Notes: generated by a model from the sequence alone, not told the origin. 64,000 bases of DNA from Geopsychrobacteraceae bacterium (GCA_963662315.1 OY759353.1:4064001-4128000); one strand, 5' to 3'; counted from the stretch's first letter, positions 36,515 through 46,892 are shown. Translations and numbers: made by a program.

Positions 36515-37884
36515 GATAACGTAAAATATTTTTCGCTTTTTTAAAAAGACACGGCAGTGTCCTAAATGTTTAGAATTGTATCGCCAAACACAAACTCTAG
36601 TCCAAAGGAGAACACTGCCGTGGAAAATGATTGTACACCAAAGCAAGATAAGATCATTCAACTGAATGAAGCTGCTGTCAAAAATCATTTGGGTCAAATC
36701 GTACGTAGTACCGTCGAGCAGACGTTGAATGACATGTTGGATGCAGAAGCCGATCGCTTATGCAATGCTGAGAAATACCAACGAAATGAGGCACGTACTG
36801 ATACCAGGGCCGGGCATTATCAAAGGAAACTTCAAACGACGGCTGGTGAAGTCAATTTAAAGGTCCCTAAATTGAGGCAACAGACCTTTGAGACAGCGAT
36901 CATTGAACGCTACAAACGTCGGGAAGCATCCGTTGAAGAAGCTTTGATCGAAATGTATTTAGCTGGTGTATCGGTTCGACGTGTCGAGGATATTACCGAA
37001 GCATTGTGGGGCACGAAAGTCAGTCCCGGAACGATCAGCAATCTGAATAAAAAAGTCTACACAAAGATCGAGCAATGGCGGAAGCAGCCCATTGGGGACG
37101 AATTTCCTTATGTTTATCTGGATGGTATCGTTCTAAAACGTTCCTGGGCCGGAGAAGTCAGCAACGTTTCTGTCCTGGTTGCGATCGGCGTTAACAGTGA
37201 TGGCTATCGCAAGATTCTCGGTGTTGCTGAGGGACACAAAGAAGACAAGGCGGGTTGGTCTGGATTCCTGCGGCATTTGAAGGAGCGCGGCTTGCGCGGT
37301 GTTCGCCTGTTTATAACCGATGCCTGTATGGGGCTGGTAGAGTCATTGGCCGAATACTATCCGGAGACCAAATGGCAACGTTGTATGGTCCATTTTTACC
37401 GGAATGTGTTCAATACTGTTCCAAGAAGACGGGTTAAAGACGTCGCGGCCATGCTGAAAGCGATCCATGCATCTGAAGACAAAGCTGCAGCCAAGGAAAA
37501 AGCTGAGCAGATCATTGAAAAGCTTGAAGCCTTACGTTTGAAAGAGGCCGCTCAGAAAGTTCGGGAGTCGATAGATGAAACTCTGACTTACTATAAATTT
37601 CCAAGGAGTCATCATAGTCGGATTCGCACCAACAATGCTCTTGAGCGTATTATGAAGGAAATCAGGCGCCGAACTAAGGTTGTCGGCGCATTCCCCGATG
37701 GTCATTCGGCATTAATGCTGTGTGCCGCAAGATTACGACATATTGCTGGAACAAAATGGGGGCAGAAGAAATATCTGAACATGGACTTACTCAGGGAACA
37801 GGATTTTGAGCAAATGATGGAGGCGGATGCAGGCTAACTAAAATCGGGCGCTGCCGAAAAAAGCGAAAGATTCTTTACACTACC
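36515..37884 (+). mobile_element. IS256-family insertion sequence (1370 bp)
   Basis: 28-bp imperfect terminal inverted repeats (22/28); 8-bp target duplication GAGGTTGC at 36507-36514 and 37885-37892. Confidence 0.93.
36620..37837 (+). CDS. IS256-family DDE transposase
   Basis: EMYLAGVSVRRV, YVYLDG, ITDA, QRCMVHFYRN, RTNNALERIMKEIRRRTKVVGAFP; GTG start behind AAGGAG. Confidence 0.95.
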   Translation: MENDCTPKQDKIIQLNEAAVKNHLGQIVRSTVEQTLNDMLDAEADRLCNAEKYQRNEARTDTRAGHYQRKLQTTAGEVNLKVPKLRQQTFETAIIERYKRREASVEEALIEMYLAGVSVRRVEDITEALWGTKVSPGTISNLNKKVYTKIEQWRKQPIGDEFPYVYLDGIVLKRSWAGEVSNVSVLVAIGVNSDGYRKILGVAEGHKEDKAGWSGFLRHLKERGLRGVRLFITDACMGLVESLAEYYPETKWQRCMVHFYRNVFNTVPRRRVKDVAAMLKAIHASEDKAAAKEKAEQIIEKLEALRLKEAAQKVRESIDETLTYYKFPRSHHSRIRTNNALERIMKEIRRRTKVVGAFPDGHSALMLCAARLRHIAGTKWGQKKYLNMDLLREQDFEQMMEADAG

Positions 37885-38266
37885 GAGGTTGCGTGAAATC
37901 TCATCGCGCCAGTGCGGGGCGACATGGACTTCTTCGGCGTAGTTGTTCCAGCGCAGGCCTTGAAATCATCCATGCTGAAGCCGTCGCGTTTTTGGTTGAG
38001 CGTCATCTGGTGAGAGCTGATCCGGTTGCCGTCCGGGTGATAGCTGTAGGTGACATCGAATGCCGGGGAGAGGGACCATGGTCTTTCTTGTCCATCAGGA
38101 AGGCAATATTCTTGACGTGGTCGTCCTGGTTGTGGGCGATGATGTTGAAGGCCATGCGGCGGAATTTTTGCTCGACGGCATTAAAGGAGTCGGGCTTACG
38201 CCCCTGCGTTGCCAGCCAGGCATTGATCATCCTGATGAACACCGATCTTCCGCTATAGAAGAATCA

Positions 38267-38354
38267 CCCCCCCTTTGCAAAGGGGGGTAGGGGGGGATTT
38301 GGCAGCCAACACAAAAGTCAAATCCCCCCTGAATCCCCCTTTAAGAAAGGGGGA
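38267..38354. repeat. Inverted doublet of REP-like palindromes
   Basis: CCCCCCTTTGCAAAGGGGGG-TAGGGGGGGATTTG ... CAAATCCCCCCTGAAT-CCCCCTTTAAGAAAGGGGG. Confidence 0.75.
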
Positions 38355-38497
38355 GCAGATTTTGCGGAAGATTCGTATTAATCAGTTTTTTGAGCGTTGT
38401 CGTTGTTTTGCCTTTTTCAAGCCAGGCCTAGCGCTCAAAATGCCTAACACTTAAGGCATAAAGCAACTGTTGCCTGGCTTAGGCACAGCCGTCAGAT

Positions 38498-39061
38498 TTA
38501 GGCGCGTGAGACAAAGCGGCACTCACGGGTGTCGACCTTGATTTTTTCTCCTGATTCAAGGTAACCGGGGACCTGAACCGTAATTCCTGTTTCCAGTACC
38601 GCCTCTTTGGTCTGGGCTGTTGCAGTGGCGTTTTTGATTGCTGGTGCGGTTTCAGTGACGAGCAGTTCAACCACCTGCGGTACTTCCAGGGTGACAACCT
38701 GATCGTTGAAAACCCCGAGGGAAACTTCGCCCCCTTCAAGCAGGTAGCCTTTGATATCGTCATAAAGGTCGCCACCGATTTCATACTGCTCGTAGGATTC
38801 CTGATCCATGAAAATGCCTTTTTCGCCATCGCTGTAAAGGAATTGTCCTTTACGACGGTTGAAATCGGCTTCATCTAGACGGTCCCCCGATTTGAAAGAA
38901 GTATTCAGGACCTGACCGGTCATCAGGTTACGGTACTTGGTTTTAACCAGGGTATTACCACCCCGGGCGGTCGGTGATTGAAAGGCGACATCAATAACGA
39001 CACATGGTGCTGAGTCCTGTTTGAAAATAACGCCACGGCGCAGGTCACTGGCATTGATCAT
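38498..39061 (-). CDS. efpL: Elongation factor P-like protein (EfpL/YeiP type)
   Basis: EF-P fold motifs with the loop QSPTARGG rather than PGKG. Confidence 0.8.
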   Translation of the reverse strand: MINASDLRRGVIFKQDSAPCVVIDVAFQSPTARGGNTLVKTKYRNLMTGQVLNTSFKSGDRLDEADFNRRKGQFLYSDGEKGIFMDQESYEQYEIGGDLYDDIKGYLLEGGEVSLGVFNDQVVTLEVPQVVELLVTETAPAIKNATATAQTKEAVLETGITVQVPGYLESGEKIKVDTRECRFVSRA

Positions 39062-39196
39062 GGTGAAATATATCCTTTAGTAAAATAATTATGAAGCCAT
39101 CTGAAGTGTCGATTTTTTACACAATTATGGGGCTTTGCGTCAAGGGGACAATGCGTCTTCCTGTAAAGCAGATCCCAATTTAGTGATTGCAGGACA

Positions 39197-39382
39197 TTAC
39201 CAGTAACTGTCCATTTTTTTCGCCGGAAGGGGGCGGGGATTGTGCAGGTGCTCTGGCTGGTTGGCTTTGGCCTGACACTTGCCACAGACGACCGTCGGCT
39301 TGTCTGAGCGTTTGTCAATTTCTTCCATTAATCCTTGAGCCTTCAACTCACACATCTTCAAGTTGCTGAGATCTTCGGTCAT
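39197..39382 (-). CDS. Small Cys-containing hypothetical protein
   Basis: GGAGGAG RBS; MC..CGKC..LHNP. Confidence 0.6.
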   Translation of the reverse strand: MTEDLSNLKMCELKAQGLMEEIDKRSDKPTVVCGKCQAKANQPEHLHNPRPLPAKKMDSYW

Positions 39383-39595
39383 ACTCCTCCACTCCCTGGG
39401 TTGAATTTTTCTGACAGTGCATAATACACTGATTATCTGGGCAAGGGCAAATCAGGATGTTTTTGAATATTGGAAAAATGAATATTAAGTAGGAAAGTGA
39501 TATATTTTTCCGTTAGTAGTTGTTAAGATCCTGTTTGATAATTAAGATTACCGTATATATTAAAGTTGCTCTACATTTCTCGGTCACGGTATCTC

Positions 39596-42562
39596 ATGAT
39601 GAAAAAAAACAGCATCAGTTCCCTGATGCATCATCATTATCTTAAAAGTGTTATTGTCCCTGCGTTTATTCTGCAGCTCATCCTGATCTTTGCCTATTTT
39701 GCTCTTAACCTCTACATCTCTCAAGTCAGCCAGTCTCTGCAGATAAGTGAAGTTACGAAAAGTATTCAGGAAATATCCAGCAGAGAAGCTCGAATTCTGA
39801 ATGGTCAGCTCAGTTCCATAACTCAAACAGCACTGCTTCTGCAACGTGATCACAGTAGTTTTTTCAGTCATCCGAACTACTGTTTTTTACCGAATGGCGA
39901 ACCCGAGTTTGCTGTCCATGAAAATCAGGCTTTTTACAAGACGGTCGACAATGGTGGCTCTTCACTGTACTACGCCAGCACCACAGCCATAGGGTTGACG
40001 GAATTGCACAAAGCACGCTGCAGTGAAATGCTTGATCCGCTCATGAAGCATATTGTCACAGGCAATCCGGTTATTGTGCAGGCTTATCTCAATACCTGGG
40101 ACGATATGAACCGTCTGTACCCGTATATGGCCGACGCCCCTGGTCAGTATGGTTTTGCCATCAATATGGAAGATTATAATTTCTACTATCTGGCGGATGC
40201 TGTGCACAATCCCGATCGTCAGCCGGTATGGACCGGCGCCTATCTGGATCCGGCCGGACAGGGATGGATGGTTTCTGTCGTGGTTCCCATCTATCGGAAG
40301 GATTTCCTCGAGGGGGTCAGCGGTATCGATGTGACAGTTGAGACCTTCGCCAACCATATCCTGAACCTTAAAATCCCCTGGGAGTCGGGGGTCATGATGG
40401 TCGATAGTAACGGTACGATTCTGGCGATGCAACAGCGGGTTGAACAGATTCTCGGTTTGCGGGAACTCAAAGAATATGATTACCAGAACAGTATCAGGAG
40501 TACTATCGAAAAACCGGATAGTTTCAATCTGCTTCATATGGGCGCTGATACAACCAATCGTCAGTGGCAGGAGATATTTAAAGGAGGGCAAGAGATTGGC
40601 AATGTGTCAATTAATGGCATTGACTATATTCTCAGCCAGGAAATAATCGCTGAAACTGGTTGGCGCCTCTTGGCTCTTATTGACCGAGAAAAGGTTCTAC
40701 AGCCGGTCATTGCTTTAAGTCGTTTCAGCAGCATGCTGGGGTATGGAGCTGCTGGCGGTCTGGTGCTGTTTTTTGTCCTGTTTTTTCTCGTTCTGGTTCA
40801 TAAGACCCAAAAATTGACAACGCTCATTGCTGCCCCGATCGCTCGCTTAAGCGCTGAAACCCAGCAGGGAGGGCGGGCTCTGGTTGTCCATGACTTTGCG
40901 TCGACCGGGATTTCAGAAATTGACATATTAAATGAGAACTTCAGTAGCATGATCAAAACCTTGAAAGGGAGCACTGAAGATCTCATTGATGCCAAGATCA
41001 ATGCTGAATCTGCCAACCGCCTGAAGAGCCAGTTTCTGGCTAACATGAGTCATGAAATCCGCACTCCGATGAATGCTGTGATTGGCATGACGCACCTGGC
41101 TCTGCAGACCGATGATCCTGAACTGCAAAAAAAATATCTGAAAGATATTGAAACATCAGGAGAACATCTGCTGGGCGTTATCAATAGTGTTCTCGATTTC
41201 TCACGCATTGAAGCCGGGAAAATCTATATTGACCATGTGCCCTTTCTCCTGGAGGAAGTCATAAATCGTTTTGCTTCAACATTGGGCAAGCTGATAGAGG
41301 ACAAGCCCCTCTCTTTCTATTTTTCCATTGATTCCACTATTCCGAATTATCTGGTTGGAGATCCACTGCGGATCGGGCAGGTCTTGCTGAACCTTGGTTC
41401 CAATGCCGTAAAATTCACTCATAATGGCGAAGTGCGTCTCAATATTGCCCAAATTTCACGTGCTGCAGACCAGGTTATCCTTAAGTTTACTCTTAGCGAT
41501 ACCGGTATTGGTATGACGGCAGCGCAGCAGAAGATTGTTTTTGACAGTTTTCAGCAGGCGGATATGTCAATTACCAGGCAATATGGCGGATCTGGGCTTG
41601 GGCTGGCGATTTGTCGGCGCTTGGTTGAGTTGATGAATGGCGAGATGGGCATTGAAAGTCGTCTTCACCATGGGACCAAAGTGTGGTTTACGGCTTCTGT
41701 AGGCATTGGCAGTGCTCCAGAAACGCCAGTATTGCTAGGGAAAGAGGAGACACGAGACATGTTTAAAGAGCAACTGAAGCCATTTGCTCATAAGCGTATT
41801 CTGGTCGTTGAGGACAATAAGATGAACCAACTGGTCGCTACCGCCATGTTGAAGGAAGCGGGGTTTGTTGCCGATACCGCTGACAATGGGGAAATTGCGG
41901 TTCAGATGGTGCGGCAGAATCATTATGATCTGGTGCTGATGGATATGCAGATGCCGGTCATGGACGGTATTGCGGCGACACGGACCATCAGGGCAAATCC
42001 CGCCAGGCTTGATATGCCGATTATCGCTATGACGGCCAACGTGTTGCAGGATGATCGCGATATGTGTCTGAGTTCCGGAATGAACGACTTTATCGGCAAG
42101 CCCATTGAGCTGAATCAGCTTTGGGAGACTCTGTTGAAGTGGCTGCAATATACCGAGCGCAGTAAAGATCCTGCAGAACAGCGCCCGCCCGTTATGCATG
42201 AGGTCTTGCTGCCCGACACCATTGACGGTATTGACCTGGCTCAAGGTCTCGACCGGGTTGCTGGTAAGCAGGCCGTTTACCTTGAGATGTTGAAAAAGTT
42301 CCTGTCTGGAAACAGACGTACTGCTGAACAGCTGACGCAGGCTCTTGCCGCGGGAAATCGGGATGAAGCAACGTTATTGGTGCACACGGTCAAAGGCTCG
42401 GCCGGAATAATCGGTGCCGGAGAACTGCGAGAGCACGCAGTGGTTCTTGAAGCGAAAATAAAAGCGGGCTGCTCCATCGAGCAGTGTGAGGCGGAGTTAA
42501 GTTCATTTATTACTGTGCTTGGTAATATTTTGACTCAGCTGGAAAGTAAATTGCGGGTCTAG
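39596..42562 (+). CDS. Hybrid histidine kinase (Cache sensor, HisKA, HATPase, REC, Hpt)
   Basis: Two TMs flanking [59 protein letters not shown]. Confidence 0.93.
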   Translation: MMKKNSISSLMHHHYLKSVIVPAFILQLILIFAYFALNLYISQVSQSLQISEVTKSIQEISSREARILNGQLSSITQTALLLQRDHSSFFSHPNYCFLPNGEPEFAVHENQAFYKTVDNGGSSLYYASTTAIGLTELHKARCSEMLDPLMKHIVTGNPVIVQAYLNTWDDMNRLYPYMADAPGQYGFAINMEDYNFYYLADAVHNPDRQPVWTGAYLDPAGQGWMVSVVVPIYRKDFLEGVSGIDVTVETFANHILNLKIPWESGVMMVDSNGTILAMQQRVEQILGLRELKEYDYQNSIRSTIEKPDSFNLLHMGADTTNRQWQEIFKGGQEIGNVSINGIDYILSQEIIAETGWRLLALIDREKVLQPVIALSRFSSMLGYGAAGGLVLFFVLFFLVLVHKTQKLTTLIAAPIARLSAETQQGGRALVVHDFASTGISEIDILNENFSSMIKTLKGSTEDLIDAKINAESANRLKSQFLANMSHEIRTPMNAVIGMTHLALQTDDPELQKKYLKDIETSGEHLLGVINSVLDFSRIEAGKIYIDHVPFLLEEVINRFASTLGKLIEDKPLSFYFSIDSTIPNYLVGDPLRIGQVLLNLGSNAVKFTHNGEVRLNIAQISRAADQVILKFTLSDTGIGMTAAQQKIVFDSFQQADMSITRQYGGSGLGLAICRRLVELMNGEMGIESRLHHGTKVWFTASVGIGSAPETPVLLGKEETRDMFKEQLKPFAHKRILVVEDNKMNQLVATAMLKEAGFVADTADNGEIAVQMVRQNHYDLVLMDMQMPVMDGIAATRTIRANPARLDMPIIAMTANVLQDDRDMCLSSGMNDFIGKPIELNQLWETLLKWLQYTERSKDPAEQRPPVMHEVLLPDTIDGIDLAQGLDRVAGKQAVYLEMLKKFLSGNRRTAEQLTQALAAGNRDEATLLVHTVKGSAGIIGAGELREHAVVLEAKIKAGCSIEQCEAELSSFITVLGNILTQLESKLRV

Positions 42563-42574
42563 CAGGGATGGTAT

Positions 42575-43102
42575 TTACAGGACGGGTTTGTCTTTGGCAG
42601 GACTTGGGCGCTGAGGTGGTTGCTTGCGATAAACTCCATCACGGCCGCGTATGTATGTCGCAGACTCTTTTTCCATGGCCTGCTTATAAAATGCGTTAAA
42701 GGCCGCTTTCCTTGGTTGGGGTCTTCTGGTCGTTGCTGTTTGAGCCTGAACAACCGGCCCGGGGGACGGATCTTCCGGGCCGATCAGTGCTTCAAGCAGG
42801 GAATTGAGAAATTTGTTGAATTTCTGTTGCGGGTCCTGCCTGGATTTGGCGGTGCTGCCAGGTTTTTCCTTTTCCCGCCGCGCTTCTTCAATTCCCAACT
42901 TCTTGTCATAGCTGGCTCGTGCAATCGGGTCAGACAAGACCTTATAGGCCTGGTTAACCTGTCGGAACAACTCTGCCGCTGCGTCCGAACCCCTATTTGC
43001 ATCTGGGTGGAAGCGTTTTGCCAGACTGCGGTAGACAGACTTTATTCTTTGCTGATCAGCATCGGGGGGGATGCCAAGCAAGTGATAGTAATTCAATGCC
43101 AT
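42575..43102 (-). CDS. J-domain (DnaJ-like) protein
   Basis: NYYHLLG..YRSLAKRFHPD..AYKVLSD..RASYD. Confidence 0.88.
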   Translation of the reverse strand: MALNYYHLLGIPPDADQQRIKSVYRSLAKRFHPDANRGSDAAAELFRQVNQAYKVLSDPIARASYDKKLGIEEARREKEKPGSTAKSRQDPQQKFNKFLNSLLEALIGPEDPSPGPVVQAQTATTRRPQPRKAAFNAFYKQAMEKESATYIRGRDGVYRKQPPQRPSPAKDKPVL

Positions 43103-43185
43103 GAGACTCCAGCTTTCCTGTCGGGATATCGCTTCTCAGCCGTTGCTATCTTTTCGACGGTCCGGCAGCAATATTTAAATCTTTT

Positions 43186-43755
43186 TCAGCTATGTTGAAA
43201 ATTTATTTCGACATCCTGACGATGGGCCGGATCTATCTGCCATAAGGAGCGTTGCGGAAAATTAAAGACTCTGGCAATCAGCACGTCCGGGAATTGTTCG
43301 AGCCTGGTATTATATATTGTGACCGAGGCATTAAAGAGCTCGCGGCGATCCGCAATCTGGTCTTCTATCTCTGTAACCCGGTTGCTTAACTGGCGAAAGC
43401 CCGCATCCGCTTTCAGGTCAGGATAGCGTTCCACGACCATAAACAGGGACTTCAGGGTATCGGTCAGCATGTTCTGTGCTTCCATGCGCTGGCTGTCGTT
43501 GCGTGCCGAATTAACCATGGAGCGGGCCTTGACAACCGCTTCCAGGGTCTTCTGTTCATGCTGCATATAGCCTTCACAGATTTTAATCAATTTGGGGAGT
43601 TCATCAAAGCGCTGCTTCAGGAGCACGTCGATGTTGCTCCAGTCCTGATTAATCGTATTTTTAAGCGCAATGAAGCCATTGTAAATGATAATGACGTAAA
43701 AAACGATGCCAACCAGGATGAGTAACAAAACTCCCAGAGTGATCCAACCAGCCAT
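43186..43755 (-). CDS. lemA: LemA family protein
   Basis: N-terminal TM; WSNIDVLLKQRFDELP, ERYPDLKA, EDQIADRRELFN. Confidence 0.92.
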   Translation of the reverse strand: MAGWITLGVLLLILVGIVFYVIIIYNGFIALKNTINQDWSNIDVLLKQRFDELPKLIKICEGYMQHEQKTLEAVVKARSMVNSARNDSQRMEAQNMLTDTLKSLFMVVERYPDLKADAGFRQLSNRVTEIEDQIADRRELFNASVTIYNTRLEQFPDVLIARVFNFPQRSLWQIDPAHRQDVEINFQHS

Positions 43756-43780
43756 AGTGTATTCTCCTTGTCTTGAAAAA

Positions 43781-45766
43781 TTAGAATAGATTGCGAATCA
43801 TCAAATAAACTGAAAACCCGGTCGCGACCCCGGCCAAAATAAACAGGGGCAGACTATAAGCCAGATAGCGCGCTGTTAAATGTTCTTCGGAAGGGGTTTC
43901 CGAAATAATCAACGGACGACCTTTGCGCTTGCCGATAACAATATGTTCTTCCTGCTTTTTCCGCGTCTGACTATCGGCAAGAGACTTTTTAATAAGCTGA
44001 TTTTCGACCTCAGCACGAGCAGCGTCCCACTCATCAGCGCTGATATGTCCATCGCCATTGGTATCGTATTTTTTAAGAAGATGAGGGTTCTGTTTCAGCT
44101 CCCTTAATGCCAGCTGTTTACGTTCCACCAGTGTTGGTCCCGAGGCTTTTTTTACTTCAGCATAACCGAGAACGTATAGCAGTGTTCCTTCGACAATAAT
44201 TTCCTCAACCCATTTTTCTTGACTGTCGGCATCAACATGAAATAATCCCACCTGGCCAGGCATCCCTTCCTGACGCGAGCCGGCACTGACACGGCAGGCG
44301 GACGGATCAACTTCAACACGACCGGTATCGTCTTCAAGATAGAAGGGGACATGGTGGCTGGATGACACGCTGGCGATTTCCCAGGTGTTATTTTTCCCCC
44401 GGCGGTAACGGGTCAGCCGGTAATAGGCGCAGGCAATATGCGTTATGGGGGACACCAGGGCATATTTACGCAGAGCGCGCCCCTTGACCTCAACCATACC
44501 CATGGCGATGGAGCGGACCCGACTGGTCGGAGTGTTTTCGATCTGTCTTTTGATGCGTAAAAAATAAAAGGCATACCAGAACATCAGTGCTGCGGCACAA
44601 ATGGAGACAGCCCCTGAAGCAAAAGCCCGAGCAAGCAGCTTTCTGAGGGTGTGACTGGTGTCGATTTCCAATGCAGCAATAATCAGTCCCAGAGTGAGGC
44701 CACCTGTTGAACCAAACCAAAAGGTTGGCGTATTCCAGCGTTGACCGCTTTCCCCTTGCGGCGGAGCAGGTAATCCGGGAGCAGCAGGAGCCTGTTCGGA
44801 TTGCCTGCTGTGGTCAGGTTGGTCTGCGAGTTCTTTGGCAAGGATTTTCTGGACGTCCTGACTCAGAGGGGTAGCGCTTGCCAAGCCGGTTGCGATCGAC
44901 AATGGAGTGATCATAGCGGTCAGTTCGGGATCTGGCTCTGTCGATTTTTTGTTTAGACTGTCAGCCCGGACAATATCAGCCATCAGCCAACCGTAGCGGG
45001 TCAGGCTCAGCAGGTTCTGGCGTAGTGTTTCCGGATCTTCAGGGTTATCGCGGTTCAGATTGCAACCCGGCAGGTTGACGAGGCCAAAGTCGGTGCGCAG
45101 TGTCAGTTCGGCAGCATATTCGCTGGTGATAAGGTCGAGGATTGTCTTCAGGTTCTGGCGGCTGCTCAGGGTGGCTTTTTCTCCCAGCCCTTTCGGATCG
45201 AATTTGCCGGGAAAGACCCTTACACCATCAATAATGGAATTGTTATCATCGAGCAGGTATAAATCTAAAACCGGAGAGCCCTGCAGGATGGTCTGAAACA
45301 TTTTATCATCGTTAATATGTTCGACATGATCGCGGCCGCGGTAGGCATGACTGGTCAACAGATGTTTGACGCTTTTCATGGCCAAGTCGCCCGACAGATC
45401 AGCAAAAACAGCCAGGACCTTGGCTCCTTTGCAAAAAGTGACAGAATTTTTCTGACACGTAAAAAAGAGCGCGTCCGCGCTTAATGTCACTGCTTTTATC
45501 CGCTGCGGAACAAAAGCAGGTTTGGTCGGGCAGATCAGCCAGTGAGAAACCCTGAACTCGGCTAAAGACAGGGTAATTTTCCTCAGAGTTTCCTGGGGGC
45601 CTTGAGTCAGGAGGGACAGCCCCTTGCCAACCAGACGCTGGCGACATTGATAGGTGTCGAGGTTAAAGTTTGTGGTCAGCAGCTTCAGAAGCGTTTTAAG
45701 GTCTTCTATGGGCTGAGGAGACTGCTCGACAATAAGGTAGTGATTATTTTCCATGGCTATATTCAT
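43781..45766 (-). CDS. Membrane protein with GIDE-like domain and EF-hand
   Basis: IENTPTSRVRSIAMGMVEVKG, PFYLEDDTGRVEVDP, LYVLG; EF-hand loop DTNGDGHISADE; three TMs. Confidence 0.72.
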   Translation of the reverse strand: MNIAMENNHYLIVEQSPQPIEDLKTLLKLLTTNFNLDTYQCRQRLVGKGLSLLTQGPQETLRKITLSLAEFRVSHWLICPTKPAFVPQRIKAVTLSADALFFTCQKNSVTFCKGAKVLAVFADLSGDLAMKSVKHLLTSHAYRGRDHVEHINDDKMFQTILQGSPVLDLYLLDDNNSIIDGVRVFPGKFDPKGLGEKATLSSRQNLKTILDLITSEYAAELTLRTDFGLVNLPGCNLNRDNPEDPETLRQNLLSLTRYGWLMADIVRADSLNKKSTEPDPELTAMITPLSIATGLASATPLSQDVQKILAKELADQPDHSRQSEQAPAAPGLPAPPQGESGQRWNTPTFWFGSTGGLTLGLIIAALEIDTSHTLRKLLARAFASGAVSICAAALMFWYAFYFLRIKRQIENTPTSRVRSIAMGMVEVKGRALRKYALVSPITHIACAYYRLTRYRRGKNNTWEIASVSSSHHVPFYLEDDTGRVEVDPSACRVSAGSRQEGMPGQVGLFHVDADSQEKWVEEIIVEGTLLYVLGYAEVKKASGPTLVERKQLALRELKQNPHLLKKYDTNGDGHISADEWDAARAEVENQLIKKSLADSQTRKKQEEHIVIGKRKGRPLIISETPSEEHLTARYLAYSLPLFILAGVATGFSVYLMIRNLF

Positions 45767-45858
45767 TTGAGTTGTGTAACGCTAATGTATGATACTTTTT
45801 GTATTAGAACAAGCTTATTTCTGTGTGCCACTTAATGGAAAAATAGGGGATGTATTGA

Positions 45859-46383
45859 ATGATGCGGGTTATCTCTTGTCGTTTTTCTGAACATGCCGAC
45901 AGTATTCTTGATATTTTTAATGAGGCTATCGCCAACACAACAGCCTTGTACGCTTATCAGCCACGGACTATGGACTTTATGGCTGAATGGTTTGCGGCCA
46001 AAGATTCCGGCAACTATCCGGTACTGGGTTGTCTTGATGAGTATGGCCAGCTGACTGGGTTTGCTTCTTACGGGCCTTTCAGGCAGTGGCCAGCCTATAA
46101 ATACACCATCGAAAATTCTGTCTATGTGCATAAAGATTTTCGTGGCCAGGGGATTGGCCGCCAGCTGATGGCGGCATTAATTGAGAGGGCTGTCGAGCAG
46201 GATTATCATACGATGGTTGCGGGTATCGATGAAAAAAACGCGGCCAGTATTGCTCTGCATACAACATTCGGCTTTTTCCATAGTGGTACCATTCAGCATG
46301 CAGGGTATAAATTTTCACAATGGCAGAATCTGGCTTTCTATCAGTTGATTTTAGCTACGCCAGAGCACCCGGTAGAGGGGTAG
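45859..46383 (+). CDS. GNAT N-acetyltransferase (phosphinothricin acetyltransferase/YncA-like)
   Basis: GFASYGPFR..AYKYTIENSVYV, RGQGIG, NAASIALH..FGF. Confidence 0.9.
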   Translation: MMRVISCRFSEHADSILDIFNEAIANTTALYAYQPRTMDFMAEWFAAKDSGNYPVLGCLDEYGQLTGFASYGPFRQWPAYKYTIENSVYVHKDFRGQGIGRQLMAALIERAVEQDYHTMVAGIDEKNAASIALHTTFGFFHSGTIQHAGYKFSQWQNLAFYQLILATPEHPVEG

Positions 46384-46388
46384 CAGTG

Positions 46389-46892
46389 ATGATAACTCAT
46401 GATTTGTTCTATTTTGCCTATGGCTCAAACATGTCGGTGCCGCGAATACAGGCCCGTATTCCTCTGGCCAAATTTGTTACGATAGCCCAGCTGCCTGGGC
46501 ATCGTTTAACGTTTTCCAAGCCGGGGATGGATGTCTCTGGAAAATGTGATGCTCTGTATACAGGCAATGACAGTGATATGGTTTACGGCGTCGTTTACCG
46601 GATATCATCGGCAGATAAGATGGTCCTTGATGGTTATGAAGGGTTGGGGCGCCATTACCTGACCAAGCCGGCAACGGTCATGATTGATCTGGGGCAGAAG
46701 TGTGAAGTATTTCTGTATGTGGCGACCGAGGTTCAGAATAATTTAAAGCCTTATTTCTGGTACAAAAAACACGTATTGCATGGTGCCGAAACAGCCGGCC
46801 TGCCACGGCAATACCTTGAATATATCGATTCTGTTCCGTCCATAGCCGATCCTGACCCGGAGCGGCATGCCAGGGAGATGGGAATTTATTGA
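46389..46892 (+). CDS. Gamma-glutamylcyclotransferase family protein
   Basis: YFAYGSNM, VYGVVY, LDGYEG, PYFWYK..V..GA. Confidence 0.88.
   Translation: MITHDLFYFAYGSNMSVPRIQARIPLAKFVTIAQLPGHRLTFSKPGMDVSGKCDALYTGNDSDMVYGVVYRISSADKMVLDGYEGLGRHYLTKPATVMIDLGQKCEVFLYVATEVQNNLKPYFWYKKHVLHGAETAGLPRQYLEYIDSVPSIADPDPERHAREMGIY

Larger units (their letters stand above)
36489..38242 (-). pseudogene. hipA: HipA-family kinase toxin remnant, internally deleted and interrupted by IS256
   Basis: FRRMAFNIIAHNQDDHVKNIAFLMD, then WSLSPAFDVTYSY in another frame. The C-terminus (EISRNL|RISLV*) reads across the IS target duplication. Confidence 0.8.
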
